The notes below the pieces were generated by a model, which was not told the DNA's origin, ran no database searches, and saw only the letters and a program-made list of their open reading frames with translations. Positions 32,912-40,953 of a stretch of DNA of 64,000 bases are shown here, one piece after another. The DNA comes from Rhizomicrobium sp. (GTDB taxonomy: Bacteria > Pseudomonadota > Alphaproteobacteria > Micropepsales > Micropepsaceae), in contig DATLOU010000014.1 of assembly GCA_035536115.1 (NCBI GenBank), forward strand, positions 2,937-66,936. Direction: 5' to 3'. Position numbers and translations under genes: made by a program. How positions within the stretch are numbered: position 1 is the stretch's first letter; the number at the start of each line of letters is the position of its first letter.

Positions 32912-34405
32912 ATGTCGTCTTTGGGTGCGCCGCCGGCAGAATTCATCTCGATCGGACGAAATCTCGCCAGACTCGCAGCTGAAAAACCCAACGCACCGGC
33001 GCTGACCGTGGCCGAACGCACGCTGACATTCGCCGAACTGCACGCACGCAGCAATCGCATCGCGCGCGGACTTCTGGCGCAAGGCGTGAAGCGCGGCGAC
33101 TTCGTCACCATAGCGCTGCCGAATTCCATCGGCTTCATCGAGGCGGAGTTCGCCTGCTGGAAAATCGGGGCCGTGCCGCAGCCGGTGTCATGGCGGTTGC
33201 CGGAGCACGAAATCAACGCGATCATCGAGCTTGCCAATTCCCCGATTGTGATCGGCGACGCCCAGATGATACGCGCCGGGCGGCCGATCGTTTCGCCCGA
33301 TGCACTCTTTGCCGCTTCCACCGACGCGAGCGAATTGCCTGATGCGATCGCCCCATACTGGAAGGCGCCGACCAGCGGCGGATCCACCGGCCGCCCCAAG
33401 CTCATTGTTGCCGGAAACCCTGGCGTGGTTGCGGTGGGCGCGAGCGAAGGCGCGTTGTGGCGCTTCGGAAGCAGCGACACCGTGCTCATGACCGGGCCGC
33501 TCTACCACAATGCGCCGTTCGGACTCTCGGCGAGCGCACTTCACACGGGCGCGCATGTCGTGCTGATGGTCAAGTTCGATGCCGAGGAAACGCTCAGGCT
33601 CATCGAGCGGCATCGCGCAACCTGGCTCTACCTAGTTCCCACCATGATGAGCCGTATCTGGCGGCTGGCAAACCGCACGCAATTCGATGTTTCGTCGTTG
33701 CAGACGGTTTGGCACATGGCGGCGCCGTGTCCGCCCTGGCTCAAGGAAGAATGGATCCGCTGGCTCGGCGGCGAGACGCTCCTCGAACTCTATGGCGGCA
33801 CCGAGGGGCAGACCATCACGATCATCGACGGCAACGAGTGGATGGCGCACAAAGGCTCGGTGGGAAAGCCGCTGGCGCTTGGCGAGATGAAGGCGTTTTC
33901 GCCGGGCGGAAAAATGCTCGGCCCGCGCGAGACCGGCGAGATCTACCTGCGCCGGGATCCCTCTCTACCGCCGAGCTATCACTATGTCGGAGCCGAGCCG
34001 CGCACGCTTCCCGGCGGCTGGGAATCGCTCGGCGACATCGGCTGGTTCGACGAAGACGGCTACCTCTATCTCGCCGACCGCCGCACCGACATGATCCTGG
34101 TCGGCGGCGCCAACGTCTATCCTGCCGAGATCGAAGCGGCGCTCGACGAGCATCCGCTGGTCGCCTCGAGCGCGGTGATCGGGCTGCCGCATGAGGAACT
34201 CGGGAACCAGATCCACGCCATCATTCAGCCGCGTGCAGGTCTCAACGAAGAGGAACTGCATCGCCATCTCGCTGATCGTCTAGTGAGTTACAAGCGGCCG
34301 CGCACCTTCGAATTCGTCACGGAGAACGTCCGCGACGACGCCGGTAAAGTGCGCCGCACTGCGCTTAGAGATGCGAGGATCGGAAAGGTTCCACGCAAGT
34401 CATAA
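32912..34405 (+). CDS. AMP-dependent acyl-CoA synthetase/ligase, tandem paralogue
   Basis: Same motifs as the upstream gene. It begins 4 nt after that gene's stop. Confidence 0.85.
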   Translation: MSSLGAPPAEFISIGRNLARLAAEKPNAPALTVAERTLTFAELHARSNRIARGLLAQGVKRGDFVTIALPNSIGFIEAEFACWKIGAVPQPVSWRLPEHEINAIIELANSPIVIGDAQMIRAGRPIVSPDALFAASTDASELPDAIAPYWKAPTSGGSTGRPKLIVAGNPGVVAVGASEGALWRFGSSDTVLMTGPLYHNAPFGLSASALHTGAHVVLMVKFDAEETLRLIERHRATWLYLVPTMMSRIWRLANRTQFDVSSLQTVWHMAAPCPPWLKEEWIRWLGGETLLELYGGTEGQTITIIDGNEWMAHKGSVGKPLALGEMKAFSPGGKMLGPRETGEIYLRRDPSLPPSYHYVGAEPRTLPGGWESLGDIGWFDEDGYLYLADRRTDMILVGGANVYPAEIEAALDEHPLVASSAVIGLPHEELGNQIHAIIQPRAGLNEEELHRHLADRLVSYKRPRTFEFVTENVRDDAGKVRRTALRDARIGKVPRKS

Positions 34406-34428
34406 TTTAATTCCGCTGACGGATCGCC

Positions 34429-35025
34429 ATGGACGGCCTAGGCTTGGCCATGGCGAAACTTTCCACCTATCGCGCCAAGCGCGATTTTACCGCCACCCGC
34501 GAGCCGCGCGGCACCGTCGCGCGCAGCTCCTCATATCGCTTCGTCGTTCAGAAACACGACGCGACGAGGTTGCATTACGACCTTCGCCTCGAACTCGACG
34601 GCGTTTTCAAATCGTGGGCGGTGACGAAAACGCCATCTCTCGATCCGGCCGTGAAGCGGCTCGCAATCGAAGTCGAAGACCATCCTCTCGCCTACGGCAC
34701 GTTCGAAGGCAACATCGCCGAGGGCCAATATGGCGCCGGCACGGTGCAGCTATGGGACCGCGGCAAATGGAAGCCGCTCGGTGACGATCCCCAGAGCGAT
34801 TTGCGCAAAGGCCGTCTGTCGTTCGAATTGAACGGAGAGCGGATGAAGGGCGGCTGGGCGCTGATCCGCTTACCGAGGCGGCGAAAGCAGGAGAGTTGGC
34901 TTCTGATCAAGGAAGACGACGACGAAGCCCAGCGCGGGAAGGCGGGGGAAGCGCTCGAGAAGGACGTGACCTCCGTCAAGACCGGCCGCACGCTGGCAGA
35001 AATCGCCAAGCATGGCCGCACGTAA
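34429..35025 (+). CDS. stand-alone LigD-type 3'-phosphoesterase (PE) domain protein
   Basis: LSTYRAKRDFTATREPRG, RFVVQKHDATRLHYDLRLE, SWAVTKTPSLDP, EDHPLAYGTFEGNIAEGQYGAGTVQLWDRG. The likely true start is the ATG at 34450. Confidence 0.8.
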   Translation: MDGLGLAMAKLSTYRAKRDFTATREPRGTVARSSSYRFVVQKHDATRLHYDLRLELDGVFKSWAVTKTPSLDPAVKRLAIEVEDHPLAYGTFEGNIAEGQYGAGTVQLWDRGKWKPLGDDPQSDLRKGRLSFELNGERMKGGWALIRLPRRRKQESWLLIKEDDDEAQRGKAGEALEKDVTSVKTGRTLAEIAKHGRT

Positions 35026-35929
35026 GTCCACGTCCGACAGCGAAGTCCTTGGCGTCGCGATCAGCCATCCCGAAAAAGAATTATGGCCGAAGTCGAAGGC
35101 CGGCGGCGCGGTGACCAAGCTGGCGCTCGCACGCTATTACGAAGCTGCTGCCGCGCGCATGCTGCCGCATATCGCACAACGCCCGGTTTCGATCGTGCGA
35201 ACGCCGGACGGGATCGACGGCCCCAGGTTCTTTCAGCGCCACGCGAGCTCGGGCTCAGAGGCGTTGGCCATCAAGATCAGGGGCGAAGCCAAGCCGTTCC
35301 TGACGGTCGACACCGCAAAGTCGCTGGTGTTGCTTGCCCAACTCGGCGCGGTGGAAGTCCATCCCTGGGGTTCAGCGAAGGGCGATCCGGAGCGGCCGGG
35401 ACGCATCGTCTTCGATCTCGACCCGTCATCCGAACTCGCCTTCGCGCGCGTGATCGAGGCCGCGAAAGACGTGCGCGACCGCTTGCTCGCGCTCGGTCTG
35501 GTGCCGTTCGTCAAGACCACCGGCGGCAAGGGATTGCACGTCGTGATCGCGGTCGGCGGCAATACAAGTTGGAGCGAGGCCAAGACGTTCGCAAAGGCCG
35601 TCGCGCTGGCGATGGAGCATGACTCGCCGTCTCGCTACACCACGACAATCGCGAAGAGTGCGCGCCGCGGCAAGATCTTCATCGATATCCAGCGCAATGA
35701 CCGCATGGCGAGCAGCGTCGCGCCGTGGAGCCCGCGTGCGCGCGAAGGCGCCACGATTTCCGTTCCTTTGGAGTGGTCCCAGATCAAGCAGGGGCTGGAC
35801 CCCAACCGCTTCACCATCGCAACGTCAGTTTCCTTGTTGCGCAAACCCGACCCCTGGCAGGGGCTGGCGAAATCGGCGCGCGCGATTGCCCCGGCGATGA
35901 AAAAGCTGATGCGCAAGTCTCAGGCGTAG
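35012..35929 (+). CDS. stand-alone LigD-type polymerase/primase (Pol) domain protein
   Basis: ISHPEKELWP, TKLALARYYEAAAARMLPHIAQRPVSIVRTPDG, FFQRH, VEVHPWGS, IVFDLDP, FVKTTGGKGLHVV and DIQRN are typical of the archaeo-eukaryotic primase-like LigD Pol domain. It overlaps the PE ORF by 14 nt in another frame. Confidence 0.8.
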   Translation: MAARKSTSDSEVLGVAISHPEKELWPKSKAGGAVTKLALARYYEAAAARMLPHIAQRPVSIVRTPDGIDGPRFFQRHASSGSEALAIKIRGEAKPFLTVDTAKSLVLLAQLGAVEVHPWGSAKGDPERPGRIVFDLDPSSELAFARVIEAAKDVRDRLLALGLVPFVKTTGGKGLHVVIAVGGNTSWSEAKTFAKAVALAMEHDSPSRYTTTIAKSARRGKIFIDIQRNDRMASSVAPWSPRAREGATISVPLEWSQIKQGLDPNRFTIATSVSLLRKPDPWQGLAKSARAIAPAMKKLMRKSQA

Positions 35930-36858
35930 GTCTTCGCCATCTTTCCGATCGTCGCGTGGAACTCCGCGATGGTTTCGTCGATCACCTGTTTGACCGGCTT
36001 GATCTCGTGGATGCGGCCGCAGACCTGGCCCGAAAGCGCGATCGATGCCTCCATGTCGCCGCCGAAATAGAGATCGAGCGCGTGGCCGAACTCGCTCATC
36101 ACATTGGCCGGCGGTTCCTTCTCGATACGCGTGGTCTTTTCGGTGCGGAGCGCGCGCAGAGCGGGACCGGGCCCAAAGCGGTTGAGGAACACGGTGTCGG
36201 TTTCCTGCGCCGAAAGAATCGCGTTCTTCCAGTTCATGTGCACCGGCGATTCCGCGCTCGACACCATGCGCGTCCCCATCTGGATGCCTTCGGCACCGAG
36301 CATGAACGCCGCCGCCATGGTGCGCCCGTCGACCATGCCGCCGGCCGCGACGACCGGAACCTTCACCGTCTCGCAGACGAGCGGCAGCAGCACCATGGTC
36401 GAAACTTCGCGCGGGTTCTTGAAGCCGCCACCTTCGCCGCCCTCGACGACCAGACCGTCGACGCCGCAATCGACGGCGCGCAGCGCCGCCTTCAAGGAGG
36501 GCACGACATGAAACACAGTCAGACCAGCCGCCTTCAGCGGTGCCACGATCTTCTGCGGGTCGCCCGCGGACGTCGTGACGAATTTCACGCCCTGGTCGAT
36601 GATGAAATTCACGATGCCGGGATCGCGCACGAAGGCAAGCGCGACGTTGACGCCGAACGGCTTCGTGGTCAGTTCGCGCATCTTCTGGATCTCGACCTTG
36701 ATCGCGTCCAACTCACCGGAGGACGTCTCGATGATGCCAAGTCCGCCGGCGTTCGATACGGCCGACGCGAGCTTGGAGCGCGCGATCCAACCCATCGGTG
36801 CCTGCACGATGGGATATTCGACGCCAAGCATGGCAGTGATGCGATTTGCGATCTTCAT
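35920..36858 (-). CDS. nitronate monooxygenase / NAD(P)H-dependent flavin oxidoreductase
   Basis: LGVEYPIVQAPMGWIA...NAGGLGII and VPVVAAGGMVDGR are typical of the NMO (2-nitropropane dioxygenase) family. Confidence 0.85.
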   Translation of the reverse strand: MKIANRITAMLGVEYPIVQAPMGWIARSKLASAVSNAGGLGIIETSSGELDAIKVEIQKMRELTTKPFGVNVALAFVRDPGIVNFIIDQGVKFVTTSAGDPQKIVAPLKAAGLTVFHVVPSLKAALRAVDCGVDGLVVEGGEGGGFKNPREVSTMVLLPLVCETVKVPVVAAGGMVDGRTMAAAFMLGAEGIQMGTRMVSSAESPVHMNWKNAILSAQETDTVFLNRFGPGPALRALRTEKTTRIEKEPPANVMSEFGHALDLYFGGDMEASIALSGQVCGRIHEIKPVKQVIDETIAEFHATIGKMAKTYA

Positions 36859-38342
36859 GGCAGATTCTCCGGTAGCGGAACTTGTTCGCCGACGATGACG
36901 GCCGGCATACCGCGCCTTGCAGCGAGCTCGCTCTGGATGCGGGCGTGGGCAGCGCGGTCGATGCGATAGAAGATCGAGAGGATGACGCAGATGAACGTCA
37001 TGGTGCCCGGAACGATGCCGTACATCAATCCGAGATGTTCGATCGTCGAAGCGGCGATATGCGCCTTGTCGCCGCCCTTTGCGGCCAGGTCGGCGGGAAA
37101 GCCGATGATGCCGAGCGCGAGCCCGGCGATGAAGGTGCCAAGCCCCGACGCGGCCTTGGCAGAGAAGCTGAGGCCCGCGAAGTAGAGGCCCTCGCGCCTG
37201 GCCCCGAAGCGCAGTTCATGTTCATCGGCGGCATCAGCCATCATCGATTGGAATCCGACCGTCAGATACGAGATTGCGATGCCGGCGATGAAGTAGTTGA
37301 TCGCAAGGATTGGCACAACCGCAGCACCGGCAGGAATGACACCCAGAATGTGGGCGACCGGAAAGCCCGCCTGACTGACGACGATATAAAAAAGGCTCCA
37401 AATCACCATGGTGCGTTTTTCGACGCGCGCTGCGGAAAGCCAGACGGCAGGCAAGCCGGCCAGCACACCGGCAAGGAGAATGACGGCGAGGAACAAGATC
37501 TGCGCCGTGTCGAGCTTCCAGAAAAACTTACTGCCGTGAAGAGTGAGCGCGGTTGCCGTTCCCTGGGCCACGAAAAAGATGAGGACGGTCGCGAACAACA
37601 CGAGAAAGGAGCGATTGCGGAACACTTCGATCACTTCGCGCCAGAGACGCCTCAGCGGATGATCGCTGCTGGGCGTGGCACGATGCAGGCGATTGCGCGA
37701 ACCAAGCGTGCCGAACGCCGCGACCGCTGCGAACGCCGTCATGAGGGCCGCGCAAAGCCAGCCGAATGGAATATAGGCGGCATGATCGTAGATCTTGGGT
37801 CCGGCCAGGAAGACGAAATAGCCCAGGATCAGCGGCAGCAAGGTCGCGAAGACGCTGTAGAAGGTGCGCCAGCCCACGACGCTGGACCGATCGGCATAGT
37901 CGTCCGTCAACTCCGCGCCAAGCGCGGTGTAGGGAACGATATAGACGGAGAGCCCGAAGCGAAAAAGAAGCGCGATCGTCGTCGCATAGAAGAAGAGCGG
38001 CAGGTCATGGAGATTGCGGGGCAGCGAAAAGAGCAGACCTAGTCCCAGAAAAATCAGGATGAGGCTTGCAATCATGTAGGGATGGCGGCGGCCCCAGATC
38101 GAGGTCGAATTGTCCGACACGGAGCCCATCAAAGGATCGACGAAAGCATCGACGATGAGCGCAAGACCGAGCGCCAGACCCGCAAGGACTCCGGAGAGAC
38201 CGCAAACTTCGTTCAAATAGAAGAGGAGAAAGGTGTTGATCGCCGCCGCACTGACGCTGTCGACGAATTGGCCGGTGCCGTAGACTACCTTGGTCGCGAG
38301 CGGCAGGCGCGAGGTATCGCGTTGCGAATTGTCATGGGACAT
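36855..38342 (-). CDS. MFS transporter, glycoside-pentoside-hexuronide (GPH) cation symporter-like
   Basis: About 12 TM helices, with the N-terminal pattern KVVYGTGQFVDS...DPLMGSVSDN...GRRHPYM typical of the GPH family. The ATG at 38342 avoids overlap with the upstream gene. Confidence 0.8.
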   Translation of the reverse strand: MSHDNSQRDTSRLPLATKVVYGTGQFVDSVSAAAINTFLLFYLNEVCGLSGVLAGLALGLALIVDAFVDPLMGSVSDNSTSIWGRRHPYMIASLILIFLGLGLLFSLPRNLHDLPLFFYATTIALLFRFGLSVYIVPYTALGAELTDDYADRSSVVGWRTFYSVFATLLPLILGYFVFLAGPKIYDHAAYIPFGWLCAALMTAFAAVAAFGTLGSRNRLHRATPSSDHPLRRLWREVIEVFRNRSFLVLFATVLIFFVAQGTATALTLHGSKFFWKLDTAQILFLAVILLAGVLAGLPAVWLSAARVEKRTMVIWSLFYIVVSQAGFPVAHILGVIPAGAAVVPILAINYFIAGIAISYLTVGFQSMMADAADEHELRFGARREGLYFAGLSFSAKAASGLGTFIAGLALGIIGFPADLAAKGGDKAHIAASTIEHLGLMYGIVPGTMTFICVILSIFYRIDRAAHARIQSELAARRGMPAVIVGEQVPLPENLP

Positions 38343-38347
38343 GCCGG

Positions 38348-39460
38348 TCAGATCACTTCCAGATAGTCGCGGTCGGGCAACGCCGGGAACGGCGCGGTTG
38401 GCAACGTCTGGTACCAATAGGCGACCGAAGCGATGTCGTCTTGCAGCGGGAGATATTGCCTCTCCTTGTGCGTGCGCCAGCCGAGCGCCTGAATCGTGAC
38501 GCGCAGGTCGCTTTCGAAGCGAACCGGATCCATGACGTGGAAGCGATACATGCCGAAGCGCGTCTGAGACCTGTAGACGCCGTCGGGCCGGATGACCTGC
38601 GGCAGTCCGGCGAAAGGCGTGGTGAATTCGACATAGGCCGAGCCGCCAGGGCGATCGCGCTCGACGATACCCGGATCGAAGTCGAATGCGCCGCAGAAAT
38701 AATCCTCGGTGCCGGTACCGCAGATCGTGGGGAAATCCTGGTCGTCATCCATGTAGAACTTGATCTCGCCTTCTCCCCACCAACCGGAATTGTTCACGCC
38801 CCACGCCATATAGGTGCCGGCATAATGGCCGCGACCTTTCACGCCGTCGAGGATCGTGAACACATCCTTGTAAGGTAGCGGGTTGACGCGGCGGAACTGT
38901 GCATGGAAATACGCGCACTCGTCAGGCACATCGGTCAACGTGTAGTTGATCTGATAGTAGAGGATCACCTTCTCGTCGCTGAGGTTGGTCATCGCAAAAC
39001 GCGCGCGCTTTCGAAATGGCATCTCCCAGTAGCAGTTGAAGGCCCGGCCTGGATTGACTGAGACGGGCAGCGCCGAGACCTGCGCAAAACGTTCCCAGCC
39101 GACGCAGAAGAAATCGCCGGTCGGGCACTCGATGGAGGGCTGGTCCTGATCGTCCCACCAGGCCCTGAGGATCGCGTGGCGCCACTTGCCGCCCGCCATC
39201 GTCAACCAGATCTGCTGAATCGCACCCATGCCGGCAATGTTCGCGAGTTCGCGTGTCTCGCCCGGCTCGATGACGATGTAGGGCGAGACCTTCCAGCCCT
39301 GACCAAGGCCGCGCGCGGCATTCGCCGCCGGTCCGTCGGTGGACATGCCGCCCTTGCCCTTTTCGCCGCTGAAATTCTCAGGACTGATCGAGCGCGATTT
39401 GGCGCGCGACAGCCGCGACAGATTTCCCAGATGAAGACCAAGGCCGTTGAATTCACTCAT
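38348..39460 (-). CDS. DUF2961 / GH172-family glycoside hydrolase-like protein
   Basis: The N-terminal RSISPENFSGEKGKGG motif and overall beta-rich composition match my recollection of DUF2961. Not verified by search. Confidence 0.65.
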   Translation of the reverse strand: MSEFNGLGLHLGNLSRLSRAKSRSISPENFSGEKGKGGMSTDGPAANAARGLGQGWKVSPYIVIEPGETRELANIAGMGAIQQIWLTMAGGKWRHAILRAWWDDQDQPSIECPTGDFFCVGWERFAQVSALPVSVNPGRAFNCYWEMPFRKRARFAMTNLSDEKVILYYQINYTLTDVPDECAYFHAQFRRVNPLPYKDVFTILDGVKGRGHYAGTYMAWGVNNSGWWGEGEIKFYMDDDQDFPTICGTGTEDYFCGAFDFDPGIVERDRPGGSAYVEFTTPFAGLPQVIRPDGVYRSQTRFGMYRFHVMDPVRFESDLRVTIQALGWRTHKERQYLPLQDDIASVAYWYQTLPTAPFPALPDRDYLEVI

Positions 39461-39462
39461 CC

Positions 39463-40314
39463 CTACGCTCCCCGACGGCGTGTGCCAATTCCATAGAATG
39501 TTTCGGCCGTGCCGCCGAAGATGGCTTCGCGCTCGCCGGCGGTGAGGTGCGCCGTCAGCGTTTCGCAGGCCGCGAGCCAGCTTTCATAATCGCCGACTTC
39601 GTTCAGCACCGGCCAGTCACTGCCCCACATCAACCGCGAAGGGCCGAAACATTCGAGCAGGACATCGACATAGAGTTTCAATCCTTGCACGGTCCAACCG
39701 GGACCGGCCTCGAACGCCAAGCCCGACAATTTGCATCTGGCGTTTGAGTTCTTGGCGATGTGGCGCATGAGCATCGCCCAATGCTCCAGCTCAAGGCTGG
39801 CGATATCGGGTTTGGCGCCATGATCGATGACGACGGCGAGATCGCCATAACGGTCGAGGAATTCCGCCAGGGCCGGCAGGTGTGGCGGCTTCACCAAAGC
39901 GTCGAAGCGAAGATCATGGCGCTGCATTGCGTCCAGGGCTGGAGCGAGCTCGGGGCGCAGCATCCATTCGACCTCCGCAATGTCCTGGATCATCGGGCGA
40001 AGACCGACGAGCGCGGGATCGGCCGCGAGGGATTTGATTCGATCGGCGGCATCCCTCGCATCGAAGTCGACCCAACCCACCACGCCGGCCACAAAGGGCG
40101 TGGCGTGCGCGAGCGCCAGAAGAAAAACAGATTCCGCCTCGCTTGGTGCCGCCTGCACGAGAATTGTCTTGTCGATCCCTGCGCGTGCGAGAGACGGCGC
40201 CAGATCATCGGGAAGAAAATCGCGCGTGATCTTGGGAAAATCTGCGGCATTCAGCCAACCATAATCGCCGCGCGACAACCGCCAGAAATGCTGATGCGAG
40301 TCGACGCGCATCAC
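39463..40314 (-). CDS. amidohydrolase-2 family (sugar lactonase-like, e.g. L-fucono-1,5-lactonase type)
   Basis: MRVDSHQHFW, ...DHGAKP and ...MWGSDWP are typical metal-dependent amidohydrolase_2 motifs. Confidence 0.8.
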   Translation of the reverse strand: MMRVDSHQHFWRLSRGDYGWLNAADFPKITRDFLPDDLAPSLARAGIDKTILVQAAPSEAESVFLLALAHATPFVAGVVGWVDFDARDAADRIKSLAADPALVGLRPMIQDIAEVEWMLRPELAPALDAMQRHDLRFDALVKPPHLPALAEFLDRYGDLAVVIDHGAKPDIASLELEHWAMLMRHIAKNSNARCKLSGLAFEAGPGWTVQGLKLYVDVLLECFGPSRLMWGSDWPVLNEVGDYESWLAACETLTAHLTAGEREAIFGGTAETFYGIGTRRRGA

Positions 40315-40745
40315 CGGGCAGCCGGGCGAATGACGCCCTTTTTCAGGATCAGATTGCCGTAGAGTCGGGTCTCTCCCGTCGCCACGACGGCAAATGCGCC
40401 GCGCGCGCGGTCATAAAATGCGTGTCGTTCAAGCGCTTCGATGGGTCGTTTTTCGCCGACTTTGCGTAGCGCCTTCTCAAATTCGAGCGCGATGGGCGGC
40501 ACCTCCTTCGGCTTGCCGACCACAGCCATGCGAAACACTGCCGATGCGAAATCGTCGAGCGGCATGACCGAGAGAATGGCTCCCAGCATGCGAAGCGCGT
40601 CGATGCCGTCGGCGCGAACCAGCTTTTGCGCCAGGTGAGCCGAGGGAAAGTTGGCATCCGCCACGACGATCTCGTCGCCATGGCCCATGGCCCTCAGGAT
40701 CGCCAGTAGTTCAGGACCGAGCAGGGGATCGATGCCCTTCAGCAT
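40311..40745 (-). CDS. fucU: RbsD/FucU-family sugar mutarotase
   Basis: MLKGIDPLLGPELLAILRAMGHGDEIVVADANFP is the canonical FucU/RbsD N-terminus. The stop overlaps the downstream start. Confidence 0.85.
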   Translation of the reverse strand: MLKGIDPLLGPELLAILRAMGHGDEIVVADANFPSAHLAQKLVRADGIDALRMLGAILSVMPLDDFASAVFRMAVVGKPKEVPPIALEFEKALRKVGEKRPIEALERHAFYDRARGAFAVVATGETRLYGNLILKKGVIRPAAR

Positions 40746-40953
40746 GGAAAAGGCCCTACGCCTGAGCGGATGGGATAACTCATACCCTGCCGTTCCTTGT
40801 CGGAGCCGCCGTGCCCGGTCTCGTAATTCGTCCGGTAACCGCTAGAATAGTAGGTATGTTGCGCCCTGCCCCGCAAGCGCGAAGGAGCCGCTCCTGTCCG
40901 ATGTCCTGACCAATGATGCCGTTGCGGTACGTCTGCACGCGGCGGACAACGTC

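Noticed and set aside
31820-33613. 420-aa, 194-aa and 141-aa minus-strand ORFs antisense to the two acyl-CoA synthetase genes
   Set aside because: These are shadow ORFs. The plus-strand frames carry the AMP-binding signature motifs.
35725-38042. 414-aa (35725-36969) and 386-aa (36882-38042) plus-strand ORFs
   Set aside because: They are antisense to the NMO and GPH transporter genes. Their translations are Arg/Asp/His-rich with no TM helices or motifs.
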